Shown here: positions 23,993 to 34,247 of the stretch, in pieces | How positions within the stretch are numbered: position 1 is the first letter of the stretch | Layout: every line of letters begins with the position of its first letter | DNA from: TPA_inf: Saccharomyces | Lineage: Eukaryota | Reading direction: 5' to 3' | Length of the DNA stretch: 64,000 nucleotides | NCBI GenBank assembly: GCA_000146045.2 | Contig: BK006943.2 | Span: 681,752 to 745,751, forward strand | Notes under the pieces: generated by a model | What the model was told of the DNA's origin: nothing | What the model saw: only the letters and a program-made list of their open reading frames with translations | Database searches by the model: none | Translations under genes and position numbers: made by a program

Positions 23993-25123
23993 ATGACCTT
24001 GGCACCCCTAGACGCCTCCAAAGTTAAGATAACTACCACACAACATGCATCTAAGCCAAAACCGAACAGTGAGTTAGTGTTTGGCAAGAGCTTCACGGAC
24101 CACATGTTAACTGCGGAATGGACAGCTGAAAAAGGGTGGGGTACCCCAGAGATTAAACCTTATCAAAATCTGTCTTTAGACCCTTCCGCGGTGGTTTTCC
24201 ATTATGCTTTTGAGCTATTCGAAGGGATGAAGGCTTACAGAACGGTGGACAACAAAATTACAATGTTTCGTCCAGATATGAATATGAAGCGCATGAATAA
24301 GTCTGCTCAGAGAATCTGTTTGCCAACGTTCGACCCAGAAGAGTTGATTACCCTAATTGGGAAACTGATCCAGCAAGATAAGTGCTTAGTTCCTGAAGGA
24401 AAAGGTTACTCTTTATATATCAGGCCTACATTAATCGGCACTACGGCCGGTTTAGGGGTTTCCACGCCTGATAGAGCCTTGCTATATGTCATTTGCTGCC
24501 CTGTGGGTCCTTATTACAAAACTGGATTTAAGGCGGTCAGACTGGAAGCCACTGATTATGCCACAAGAGCTTGGCCAGGAGGCTGTGGTGACAAGAAACT
24601 AGGTGCAAACTACGCCCCCTGCGTCCTGCCACAATTGCAAGCTGCTTCAAGGGGTTACCAACAAAATTTATGGCTATTTGGTCCAAATAACAACATTACT
24701 GAAGTCGGCACCATGAATGCTTTTTTCGTGTTTAAAGATAGTAAAACGGGCAAGAAGGAACTAGTTACTGCTCCACTAGACGGTACCATTTTGGAAGGTG
24801 TTACTAGGGATTCCATTTTAAATCTTGCTAAAGAAAGACTCGAACCAAGTGAATGGACCATTAGTGAACGCTACTTCACTATAGGCGAAGTTACTGAGAG
24901 ATCCAAGAACGGTGAACTACTTGAAGCCTTTGGTTCTGGTACTGCTGCGATTGTTTCTCCCATTAAGGAAATCGGCTGGAAAGGCGAACAAATTAATATT
25001 CCGTTGTTGCCCGGCGAACAAACCGGTCCATTGGCCAAAGAAGTTGCACAATGGATTAATGGAATCCAATATGGCGAGACTGAGCATGGCAATTGGTCAA
25101 GGGTTGTTACTGATTTGAACTGA
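23993..25123 (+). CDS. BAT2: cytosolic branched-chain amino-acid aminotransferase, 376 aa
   Basis: MTLAPLDASKVKITTTQHASKPKPNSELVFGKSFTDHML matches Bat2 (YJR148W), and the product is 376 aa. It lacks the mitochondrial presequence that Bat1 carries. Confidence 0.95.
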   Translation: MTLAPLDASKVKITTTQHASKPKPNSELVFGKSFTDHMLTAEWTAEKGWGTPEIKPYQNLSLDPSAVVFHYAFELFEGMKAYRTVDNKITMFRPDMNMKRMNKSAQRICLPTFDPEELITLIGKLIQQDKCLVPEGKGYSLYIRPTLIGTTAGLGVSTPDRALLYVICCPVGPYYKTGFKAVRLEATDYATRAWPGGCGDKKLGANYAPCVLPQLQAASRGYQQNLWLFGPNNNITEVGTMNAFFVFKDSKTGKKELVTAPLDGTILEGVTRDSILNLAKERLEPSEWTISERYFTIGEVTERSKNGELLEAFGSGTAAIVSPIKEIGWKGEQINIPLLPGEQTGPLAKEVAQWINGIQYGETEHGNWSRVVTDLN

Positions 25124-25408
25124 AGTATCGCTATTGCTACGTAAAGTAATTAAAAGTTAAAAAGAATAAAACTAGAGCGTTTTTTCTACTGAGTTAAGGG
25201 GTCATGTCAGAATATAACATACCCTTTGACATTGTATATATGAATTCCTGGATTTTGCAGTGATCTGATAAAAAATGTATGTCGAAACCTGCAATTATCC
25301 TTTCGTTTTTTTTCTTGTCATCTAGTGCTGGCCTATCGGTATCAAGGACATCTTTTGCGCGGATAGAAAAGGGCCCATACATACCTTAGAAGCAACTCAA
25401 GACAATTC

Positions 25409-26623
25409 ATGTACTTTTTAAACCAACTAATATTTCAAGACGTTTCCGTAATGTCGGTGGATAAAAGAGAAGATATGAGCAGATCTTTCCAAAAATGTTT
25501 AAACTTGAGATACCCTATCATCCAGGCCCCTATGGCGGGGGTCACGACTATTGAAATGGCCGCTAAGGCTTGTATTGCGGGCGCCATAGCTTCACTACCC
25601 CTATCCCACTTAGACTTCAGAAAGGTCAATGATATTGAAAAGCTTAAACTGATGGTTTCACAATTCAGAGATCAAGTAGCCGATGAATCTTTAGAGGGCA
25701 ATCTCAACCTAAACTTTTTTTGCCATGATATCGTTGATAAACCGACCGATCTTCAAACAGCTAACTGGGCGAAGCTATACAGAAAGTCTATGAATGTGCC
25801 GATTGATATGAATGAGATTAAATTCGATAATGGTAATGTATCTTTTAAGGCATTTGAAAAAGAAAATGCTCTTCAAGATTTTTTCCAGTACCTATCAGAT
25901 GGCTTTAGGCCTAAAATCATTAGTTTCCATTTTGGCCATCCGTCGAAATCTACAATAGAATATTTACAAAAAATTGGAATTCTAATTTTTGTGACTGCCA
26001 CCTCTGTAAGAGAAGTTCGATTGTTAGCACGTCTCGGCATTAATGGCATAGTGTGTCAAGGCTATGAAGCGGGAGGACATAGAGGAAATTTCTTAGTAAA
26101 TGACCCCAAAGATGATGAAAACTTATCAACTGTACAATTGGTGAAAAGAACAGTTGATGAACTTGCTGAAATGAAAAATAAAGGTCTTATACATGCTACT
26201 CCCTTTGTCATTGCAGCAGGTGGTATAATGGATTCCAAAGATATATCATACATGTTATCACAGCAAGCAGACGCTGTTCAAGTGGGGACTGCTTTTCTTG
26301 GTTGCAGTGAATCCAATGCATCAAAAAACTTTTCAAGCCCCTTCACTCGAGAAACAACAACTAAAATGGTTAATATAATATCAGGAAAGCCTGCAAGGAC
26401 CATCTCTACTCCTTTTATCGAAAAAGTCATTGCTAATTTTCAAGGTGAGGAGCTTCCTCCATATGGCTACATGTATAGTGCTTTCAAGCAAGTAAGAAAA
26501 AAGTATCCAGAATTGGCTAACTTTATTTTAGCTGGACAAGGATTTCAGAATGTCCAATCAGGAATCACAACAGACAAGAAAATTGAAACTATGGGCGCAA
26601 GATTGAAAATTGACGGAAAATAA
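25409..26623 (+). CDS. YJR149W-like nitronate monooxygenase / 2-nitropropane dioxygenase family protein, 404 aa
   Basis: The ORF is 404 aa. The QGYEAGGHRGNF segment is typical of the FMN-dependent NMO family. Position matches YJR149W. Confidence 0.8.
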   Translation: MYFLNQLIFQDVSVMSVDKREDMSRSFQKCLNLRYPIIQAPMAGVTTIEMAAKACIAGAIASLPLSHLDFRKVNDIEKLKLMVSQFRDQVADESLEGNLNLNFFCHDIVDKPTDLQTANWAKLYRKSMNVPIDMNEIKFDNGNVSFKAFEKENALQDFFQYLSDGFRPKIISFHFGHPSKSTIEYLQKIGILIFVTATSVREVRLLARLGINGIVCQGYEAGGHRGNFLVNDPKDDENLSTVQLVKRTVDELAEMKNKGLIHATPFVIAAGGIMDSKDISYMLSQQADAVQVGTAFLGCSESNASKNFSSPFTRETTTKMVNIISGKPARTISTPFIEKVIANFQGEELPPYGYMYSAFKQVRKKYPELANFILAGQGFQNVQSGITTDKKIETMGARLKIDGK

Positions 26624-27059
26624 TATAAATACATATAAAAGACCTGATACTTATTGACACAAATTTTCTGGATGACCTTTTTCTATATGATATATATACG
26701 TCGCTATTGGATCGTAGGTTACTTGGCCATTATTTGAGCGTAACCGTTCACAGGATGTGGGCTTTAAGGAATACAAAATCCAAATATGGAAAAAATTTGA
26801 TATCAATTTAGGGCTTTAATATCTAAAGGTATTTATTTTTTTCACAGTTTTTTTTCTGTTAAGCTGTCTGCAATAAGGAATGCTCCTGACATGAAATTCG
26901 AAAAGGACCGGAAATAGTTGGAGCACAAGACTGCAAACTAAAAAACAAATTTCTTTGGAATTTCCTTACGCTTATAGTATATATCTTATAAATATTAAAA
27001 TTAAGAGAATTCAATTATTTTACATCATTTATACAACTGTACAGGGCCGCACATGATCA

Positions 27060-27956
27060 CTATAACAATAGAGCGGCGGCACCAGCAATAGCAGCGGCAC
27101 CGAAAACACCGTTATTGAACTTGTTAGCACCGTTAGTGGTAACGTCAATAACACGAGATGCTGACGATGTGACAGAAGTAGCTGTAGATTGAGCTTTGGA
27201 GGAGACTGGCTTAGTCACAGTTGAACAGACGTTATTTGAACAACTAGTTATGGTAGTTTCAACAGTGGAAGCTTGAGTCTTTGTGACGGTGCTGTCAGTA
27301 CCATTTTGGACCACTGGAGTGACTGAGATAGAAGATGTAGAAGAAACTGGAGCTGTGGTATTGGCAAAACTAGCAGAGCTTGCAACAGAGCTTGCAACAG
27401 AGCTTGCAACAGAACTTTCAGCAGAACTTGCAATGGTGCTTGCAGCAGAGCTAGATTCAGATGAAACAGTAGCTTGGGTGGAAGCAGCGTTTGAGCTGGT
27501 CTCTGCTGAACTTTCAGAGGAGCTAGAAGACTCAGTGGCGGCACTAGAAGCTTCTGAAGTGGAGGTGGAAGAAGCCTCTGTGGTAGAAGCTGGTACTGCA
27601 GTAGCAATACCTTCATTCGCAAGTGCTTCGGAAATAGCACCCATCAATCTAGTAGAGTACCATGGCACACCGGTGATCATTCTGGTCACTTCATCACCTG
27701 AAATACCAGTCAACATGGTGGTGAAATCGCCACCGGCAAAAACAGCCTTGGCAATTTCAGGTGGGTATGTTTCAGTCTTATGCAAAGCCTGGAAAGCGTA
27801 ATATTCAGATAAATGGGCGCCAATATCAGAAACGTAAACAGCCAATTCAATCAAATTGACCCTTTCATCATAAGGGGATAGAGTGGTGGTCACGGATGCG
27901 GCGGTTGCACTTGCCACTAATGCTGCGGCGACAGCTAATATACTAATTCTAGACAT
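27060..27956 (-). CDS. DAN1: anaerobically induced cell-wall mannoprotein of the Srp1/Tip1 (PAU/DAN) family, 298 aa
   Basis: A signal peptide plus the conserved seripauperin-type N-domain ([23 protein letters not shown]...[21 protein letters not shown]). It is followed by a Ser/Ala/Thr-rich tail and a C-terminal GPI-like hydrophobic end. Matches Dan1 (YJR150C). Confidence 0.9.
27372..27453. repeat. 12-nt tandem repeat (~7 copies) inside DAN1, encoding (A/S)SSV repeats
   Basis: The unit gcaacagagctt recurs in series in the plus-strand read (gcaacagagctt gcaacagagctt ... gcagcagagcta). Confidence 0.8.
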
Positions 27957-28120
27957 TACTTGGGGTATATATTTAGTATGCTACACTTTTATCTGAAAAA
28001 GAAGAAATAGTACCGTGTCGACATAAAAATAGTATCATTTAGTCGTGCTATTTTATACGCAGTATTTTCAATCATTTCTATTCAATGAGTACCCAGGGAC
28101 CCTTTTGCATTTCTAGCATT

Positions 28121-28195
28121 CTCTGTTCCTGAACGATGTTTTGTTAGAGGCCTCGTATAGATCTTGGCATTTTCAAAGGCACGCGTTGTATTGTT
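28121..28195 (-). promoter_or_regulatory. DAN1 promoter module with a sterol/anaerobic response element core TCGTATA (28153-28159) and a flanking conserved block
   Basis: ttcctgaacgatg...cTCGTATAg...tttcaaaggcacgcg(t/a)tgta lies about 200 bp upstream of the DAN1 ATG. A near-identical module sits upstream of DAN4 (see that feature). TCGTATA is the Upc2/Ecm22 binding core by established knowledge. Confidence 0.6.
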
Positions 28196-30503
28196 TTATT
28201 GCCTATCAAAGGAACGCGCAGGAAACATGAAACTTTTCAGAGGAGCGTCTACGGAGGATACATTCATCAATTTTTCCTCATAAATTAAACGATGTGTACA
28301 AAAAGGACGAATTGACCCCGTCGTTCGGCGAAACCTTATGTATTTTCCTGGCCATATGTGCTAAACGACAGATAAAATAGGAAATTCTCCCCATTTTCGA
28401 CTAATAAGATAAGCGGGAGATAGCATCATATGAACTTTTGCACTCAAACGAAGAAAGCACGTGAGGATTGAAGAAAACGGATCGCCGAATCCAGCGTGAA
28501 TTGAGCTCAACAATTTTTAACTATATCAATCTCTTTCACTTTAAACACTACCACTTAAATCTTTTTAAAACGCTTTGCCCAATGACCCTTTTTTTATTAA
28601 GGTTGCTGAGCTATTTTTTCTATACTATTGTCAAACTCCAAAGATATTTTGAGCTTTATTTTCTTGCAAACAAAATACCCTACTGCTTAATAAATGCAAT
28701 GTATACATAGTTTTCAAGGTACATTATATTTTAAAGTTACCTCAGGCCTGTTTGCCCTTGCATTCTACAGTCCCTTTGTAAGGGTGTGAGACAAAAGGCC
28801 TCGTTAGCTACGACTGTTGAAATCGTTTGAATTCGGCTTACAATCTAACTTTGACTGCGCAATTGTTCATGAATTTATAGTGTGCTTGCGAGGGGCAACT
28901 TCATACGAAGGCTTGTAGGACCCCTAAGTGCATCCATAAACATGCTCAAAGATTGTCTTAGAAACCACAAGGAGAACGCACAGTATGAATTAAATAAGTT
29001 GCGCTCTGCTAGAATATTTTGACGATTACAAAGTCAGAGATCGAAACATTTCCGCTGTGCAACTAAGTAATTTTCCCAATCTTTGGAGAAAATCAATAAT
29101 CACAAGATTAGTACTTATCCTCTTGTAGGCTTCTCTCTTTCGCTATAAATAGAGCAGAAAAATATGATACAGAAGGTCGAAAGTTTGCTTCGCTGACTGA
29201 AGCTTTCTGTCAAGAGTTGACAAAAACATACAAGATTCAGTATTGATAATAAATGGCCTGCACTTAAGACTCAACCATCCCAATAAGTTACCTAGTTGTG
29301 TTACCTAAGCTAGGAAAATACACATTGAAAGATGTTTTACAAAGTATTGTAAAGGTACAATGCATTCTAGGCCGAATGTTCATTTCGGATTGTAATATGT
29401 AGTCAACGATAACGAACCTCATGGTTATGGTTATTTCTGTTCCAAATTTGCAAAATAGATCTTCATTGTCGTTGTCGGAACGGGTGGTTTATAATTTTAG
29501 TAACCATAGTAACTGAATAAAGTGACCAAACAGTATACTTCATAGCTCCAGGCTAGGAAACAAGATACTACTGCGAAACTAGCGGAAGAAGTTACGTTAA
29601 AGATCTATTAATTCAATGTTAATTCAAATTTAATATACGTAGGGATGCGAGTTATTACATTGGAAATATAGCAAATCACTGAAATACCATCATTTTGAAT
29701 ACATTCGTCATCGCCGCATCAGTTATACGTTTCTGCTATACCGTATAAGAATACTTGCTTCTATTCTTAGTTATACTGAATTTTAGACATTAATAAACTA
29801 CTAACGGTTGCTACTACACTACACTATTCTTCTACCAATGTCGATGAGAGCGAACTCTTCAGAAAGCAGTTTACTTGAATAAATTTTTTCAAAGGCCCTC
29901 ATTTCTAATGCCTTGTGACCTAGAATTTAGCAGCGTCAACTTTATGGAGCGTTATTTCTCAATTCCATCTTTGTGCCGCGTAGTTCTATCTTACATAACT
30001 TTATTTTAAGAAGAGCTTTAGTTCATGTTCTTGGAAGAATTCCTTTTTTGACACGATTTTTAACCTAAAGGCTAAATTTTATTTAAACTAACAGTGAACA
30101 AAGTATTTAAAGCTTCATATGTGAGTTGTCGAACACGTCAATAAACGGAGGTAATAAAATGAAGGATGAGGGAAAAAAAAAACCATAATTTTAGGCTGAA
30201 GCCCATATTGTGATATTTTTAATGTTTTCTTAGAAAAATTAAAAAACTTCTCAATTAAATGTAAAATTTTACTTGTTGGCGATACCTTAGAGGATTCAAA
30301 TTTAACTAGTGTTAATATACGAACTGGTAACACTAATGTTTAGATACCTGTATATCATACAAACCATTCAAAGTGTATAGGAGTATGTTCACAAACCGTA
30401 GTATTATGTGCTACATGAATCAAGTATAGATTTAAAATTTCTTTCAAGTCAATTTAAATTATTTTACAATTGTTTATATGCTTGTGAAGATTATATTGTA
30501 TCA

Positions 30504-33500
30504 CTATAGCAGTAATAAAGCGACAACAGCAACGATAGCGGTACCAAAAATGTTATCTTTATCGAAATTATAGGCACCGTTGGTATTGATACTGACAGTA
30601 TAAGAAGCAGATGAATGAGCAATGGAAGTAGCCGAGGAGGCTTTTGGAATTGGTGAGATGACTTTGCTGGTAGCGGTCGCGATTGGTGCAGTTAACATGG
30701 TACAGGTTCCACCTGAGCAGTTGGTCACAGTAGTTTGAGTGATAGACAATCCGGTTCTGGTAAACATGCTAATCCCTGCATCGACAGTAGTCAGGGTGGT
30801 ACAGGCACCCGCAGAGCAACTGACTTTAATCGCTTTGGGGATGGTCGACTCTGCATTGTTCGATGTAGTGGCTTTGGAGTTGAAACTACTAACCGGAGAC
30901 ATCAGCGTGGTGCAAATACCACCCGAACAACTAGTAATAGTAGTTTCCATAGTTAGCAACTCGGTTTTAGTAGAGGCGACATCTTCTTCATTATCTTCGC
31001 AACTAATGGTAGCGGTGGTAGTTGCTTCGCTGGTGATTGTAGTAACTGGAACAGTCAGGGTCGAGCAAACACCACCAGAGCATGTTGTTATAGTTGTTTC
31101 GACCGTGGAAGTTTCTGTAGTTGTTAATGTGTTCGCCTTAGCATTAATAGTAGTAACCGGAGACATCAGCGTGGTACAAATACCACCCGAACAACTAGTT
31201 ATAGTAGTTTCCAAAGTTAGCAACTCGGTTTCAGTAGAAGTGATATCTTCTTCATTATCTTCGCAACTAATGGTAGCGGTGGTAGTGGCTTCGCTGGTGA
31301 TTGTAGTAACTGGAACAGTCAGGGTCGAGCAAACACCACCAGGGCATGTTGTTATAGTTGTTTCGACCGTGGAAGTTTCTGTAGTTGTTAATGTGTTCGC
31401 CTTAGCATTAATAGTAGTAACCGGAGACATCAGCGTGGTACAAATACCACCCGAACAACTAGTTATAGTAGTTTCAACGGTAGAAACTTGAGTTTTCGTC
31501 AAAACACTATCTTCATTAGTACAACTACTCTTACAGCTCGTGATGACAATTTCATCTGTTGATAGGTTTGTAAATGTTGAGGTTGCATTACGAACATTTT
31601 CTATCGTGCTGAACAGACCGCTACTGATGGTGTTGGAACTTCTGGCATCACTGCAATTACTTCTTGAGGATACTAAGAGAGGGGAACTTGATGCAAAAGA
31701 TGCGACTGACGATGTAGGTTCCATAGAAAATGAAGAGACGATCGATTGGGAAACAGTGAAAGTACTTAAAGTGAAACTTGACATATTTGATGACGAAAGA
31801 TATAAGGAAGAAGTCCGCTCAGCAATGAAGCTAGTGGATGTAGACGTAATTGCAGTAGACGACTCTGGAGAGGAACTGATTTCACTGAAGGGAATATTAG
31901 GAGAAACTGAATCGGTAGAGCTAGTGACCACAGTTGAAGAAACAGCAAGTGGAGTGGAAGGCGTAGCAAAAAAGGTAGTAGATTGGGTAGAGGAGTTACC
32001 AGAGACATCAGATTTAGCAGAAACAGTGGATCTGGTAAAGAAATCAGCAGCCTTGCTCGAGGAAACAACGGCTGAAGTGAAAGTGGATGTGGCAGATAGA
32101 CTTTCAGTAGAAGAAATGGATTCATCAGAAGAAGGTCCAACCAAAGAAGTGGGTTCAACTGATGAACTGATCCCGCTTGAAGTAAGTACTTCAATGGAAG
32201 AAGGAATCTCAGAAGAGGAAGTAATTACACTAGAAACTATTAGTTCACTGGAAATGGTGATTTGATTAGAGGAGATAGATTCTGCGGAAGTGGTTGCTTT
32301 ACTGAAAGAGAGAGGTTCAGCAGAAGAGGTGATTTCACTGAAAGTAGACCCGAAGGAAGAAACAGGTTCTGTCGTGGTCACTTGACTAGACCTGATAGGT
32401 TCAACAGAAGAGGTGACTTCACTTACAGTAGTAGGTTCAGCGGATGAAGTGACTTGACTAGACCTGATAGGTTCAACAGAAGAGGTGAATTCACTGACAG
32501 TAGTAGGTTCAGCGGATGAAGTGACTTGACTAGACCTGGTAGGTTCAACAGAAGAGGTGAATTCACTGACAGTAGTAGGTTCAGCGGATGAAGTGACTTG
32601 ACTAGACCTGGTAGGTTCAACAGAAGAGGTGAATTCACTGACAGTAGTAGGTTCAGCGGATGAAGTGACTTGACTAGACCTGGTAGGTTCAACAGAAGAG
32701 GTGAATTCACTGACAGTAGTAGGTTCAGCGGATGAAGTGACTTGACTAGACCTGGTAGGTTCAACAGAAGAGGTGAATTCACTGACAGTAGTAGGTTCAG
32801 CGGATGAAGTGACTTGACTAGACCTGGTAGGTTCAACAGAAGAGGTGACTTCACTGACAGTAGTAGGCTCAGCGGATGAAGTGACTTGGCTGGGACTACT
32901 TGAACTGATATATGTATCGCTCGTAGTAGTAGTAGTTGCAGAAGTAGTGAATGCGTTAGTTGTTGAGACACTAGAGGTTGTATGGTCAGTAGAAGCCGTA
33001 GATGTGGCAGGTGTAGTAAGACTGGCAAAAGTGGTAGAGGTTGTAGCAGTGGTAGAAATGACAGAGGATGCAGAGGCACTAGAAGTACTGAAAGTGCTTG
33101 AAGTTGTAGAGGTCGTGGGAGCGGTAGAAATGGTAGAAGTGGTAGAGGTTGTAGAAGTTGTAGAAGTTGTAGGAGCGGTAGAGGTTGTAGAAGTTGTAGG
33201 AGTGGTAGAAGTTGTAGGAGTAGTCGATGTGCTTGAAGTAGTAGGAGTAGTCGATTTGGTGGAAGTTTGAGAAGTGGTGGAGGTTGTAGAAGTTGTAGGA
33301 GTGGTAGAAGTTGTAGGAGTGGTAGAAGTTGTAGAAGTTGTAGGAGTGGTAGAAGTAGTAGAGGTTGTAGGAGTAGTCGATGTGGTAGAAGTTGTAGGAG
33401 TGGTAGAAGTAGTAGAGGTTGTAGGAGTAGTCGATGTGGTAGAAGTTGTAGGAGTGGTAGAAGTAGTAGAGGTTGTAGGAGTAGTCGATGTGGTAGAAGT

Positions 33501-33989
33501 TGTAGGAGTGGTAGAAGTAGTAGAGGTTGTAGGAGTAGTCGATGTGGTAGAAGTAGTAGAAGTGATAGTGGTGGTAGGAGTAGTCGAAGTACTAGATTTT
33601 GTAGTCGTTGTAGAAGTAGAGGTTGGGATAGCCGTGTAAATACCATCCTTTGAAAGCGCTGAAGAGATAGCCGGCTTTAATCTGGTAGAGTACCACGGAA
33701 CACCAGTGATCATTCTAGTTACTTCATCACCCGAAATACCGGTCAATCGAGTAGTGAAATCACCGTAGTCAAAAACGGCTGCTGCGATTTCCGAAGGATA
33801 TGTTTCAGTCTTATGGTGATTCCGGAAAGAGTAGTACTGAAATATGTGGGCTCTGATGTCAGAAACATAAACAGCCAATTCAATAAGGTTGACTCTTTCA
33901 TCGTAAGGAGATAAAGTAGTGGTCGCTGTAATAGCAGCCGCACTAGTAGCTAAGGCTACAATTCCTGCTACGATGCTTATATTAACCAT
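30504..33989 (-). CDS. DAN4: large Ser/Thr-rich GPI-type cell-wall mannoprotein of the DAN/PAU family, 1161 aa
   Basis: The N-terminus [45 protein letters not shown]... is paralogous to DAN1, with about 80% nucleotide identity over the N-domain. Long Thr/Ser-rich internal repeats follow. 1161 aa matches Dan4 (YJR151C). Confidence 0.9.
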   Translation of the reverse strand: MVNISIVAGIVALATSAAAITATTTLSPYDERVNLIELAVYVSDIRAHIFQYYSFRNHHKTETYPSEIAAAVFDYGDFTTRLTGISGDEVTRMITGVPWYSTRLKPAISSALSKDGIYTAIPTSTSTTTTKSSTSTTPTTTITSTTSTTSTTPTTSTTSTTPTTSTTSTTPTTSTTSTTPTTSTTSTTPTTSTTSTTPTTSTTSTTPTTSTTSTTPTTSTTSTTPTTSTTPTTSTTSTTSQTSTKSTTPTTSSTSTTPTTSTTPTTSTTSTAPTTSTTSTTSTTSTISTAPTTSTTSSTFSTSSASASSVISTTATTSTTFASLTTPATSTASTDHTTSSVSTTNAFTTSATTTTTSDTYISSSSPSQVTSSAEPTTVSEVTSSVEPTRSSQVTSSAEPTTVSEFTSSVEPTRSSQVTSSAEPTTVSEFTSSVEPTRSSQVTSSAEPTTVSEFTSSVEPTRSSQVTSSAEPTTVSEFTSSVEPTRSSQVTSSAEPTTVSEFTSSVEPIRSSQVTSSAEPTTVSEVTSSVEPIRSSQVTTTEPVSSFGSTFSEITSSAEPLSFSKATTSAESISSNQITISSELIVSSVITSSSEIPSSIEVLTSSGISSSVEPTSLVGPSSDESISSTESLSATSTFTSAVVSSSKAADFFTRSTVSAKSDVSGNSSTQSTTFFATPSTPLAVSSTVVTSSTDSVSPNIPFSEISSSPESSTAITSTSTSFIAERTSSLYLSSSNMSSFTLSTFTVSQSIVSSFSMEPTSSVASFASSSPLLVSSRSNCSDARSSNTISSGLFSTIENVRNATSTFTNLSTDEIVITSCKSSCTNEDSVLTKTQVSTVETTITSCSGGICTTLMSPVTTINAKANTLTTTETSTVETTITTCPGGVCSTLTVPVTTITSEATTTATISCEDNEEDITSTETELLTLETTITSCSGGICTTLMSPVTTINAKANTLTTTETSTVETTITTCSGGVCSTLTVPVTTITSEATTTATISCEDNEEDVASTKTELLTMETTITSCSGGICTTLMSPVSSFNSKATTSNNAESTIPKAIKVSCSAGACTTLTTVDAGISMFTRTGLSITQTTVTNCSGGTCTMLTAPIATATSKVISPIPKASSATSIAHSSASYTVSINTNGAYNFDKDNIFGTAIVAVVALLLL
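30891..31490. repeat. DAN4 internal tandem repeat block C: 264-nt (88-aa) units, ~2.3 copies, Cys-containing ([18 protein letters not shown]...)
   Basis: The motif aaccggagacatcagcgtggt recurs at 30891, 31155 and 31419, exactly 264 nt apart. A degenerate partial copy lies just upstream, from about 30735. Confidence 0.9.
32370..32890. repeat. DAN4 internal tandem repeat block B: 72-nt units ([10 protein letters not shown](F/V)TSSVEP(T/I)RSSQVT), ~7 copies, near-identical
   Basis: gaagtgacttgactagacctg(g/a)taggttcaacagaagaggtga(a/c)ttcactgacagtagtaggttcagcggat recurs with a 72-nt period. It explains the spurious antisense ORF 32423..33646. Confidence 0.9.
33110..33575. repeat. DAN4 internal tandem repeat block A: 27-nt units (TTSTTSTTP), ~15 copies with a 54-nt super-periodicity
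   Basis: Read directly: recurring ggtagaagttgtaggagtggtagaagtagtagaggttgtaggagtagtcgatgt. The strong periodicity creates spurious ORFs on both strands (33274..33639 + and 33267..33653 +). Confidence 0.85.
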
Positions 33990-34172
33990 TGCTTTCTTCG
34001 GAGTTTTTCGGATATCGCAGATTCGACAGGAACTGGTACTTATTTCAGTTTGAGCATACTCTCAATACAGCCATTTACACAGGCCATTTATAGGCTTTCG
34101 AACCAAACAGCTGTTGTATAAACGAATATATTGGAGCAAAATCACTATCTTTGCCAATGCTTCTTGTTTTAC

Positions 34173-34247
34173 AGTTCCTGAACGATGGAGATCTTAAACA
34201 GATCTCGTATAATTTTTGACATCTTTAAAGGCACGCGATGTACTGTC
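34173..34247 (-). promoter_or_regulatory. DAN4 promoter module paralogous to the DAN1 module; TCGTATA at 34205-34211
   Basis: ttcctgaacgatgg...cTCGTATAa...tttaaaggcacgcgatgtactgt lies about 215 bp upstream of the DAN4 ATG. Order and spacing are the same as in the DAN1 promoter. Confidence 0.6.

Noticed and set aside
32423-33653. Long ORFs on both strands inside DAN4 (32423..33646 -, 33274..33639 +, 33267..33653 +, 32845..33270 +, 30739..31491 +, 31540..32265 +, 31766..32194 -) with bizarre low-complexity translations (VVEVVGVV…, [10 protein letters not shown]…, RSCRSGRS…)
   Set aside because: They lie entirely within the 27-, 72- and 264-nt tandem repeats of DAN4. Periodic sequence lacks stops in several frames, so these are artefacts and not overlapping genes.
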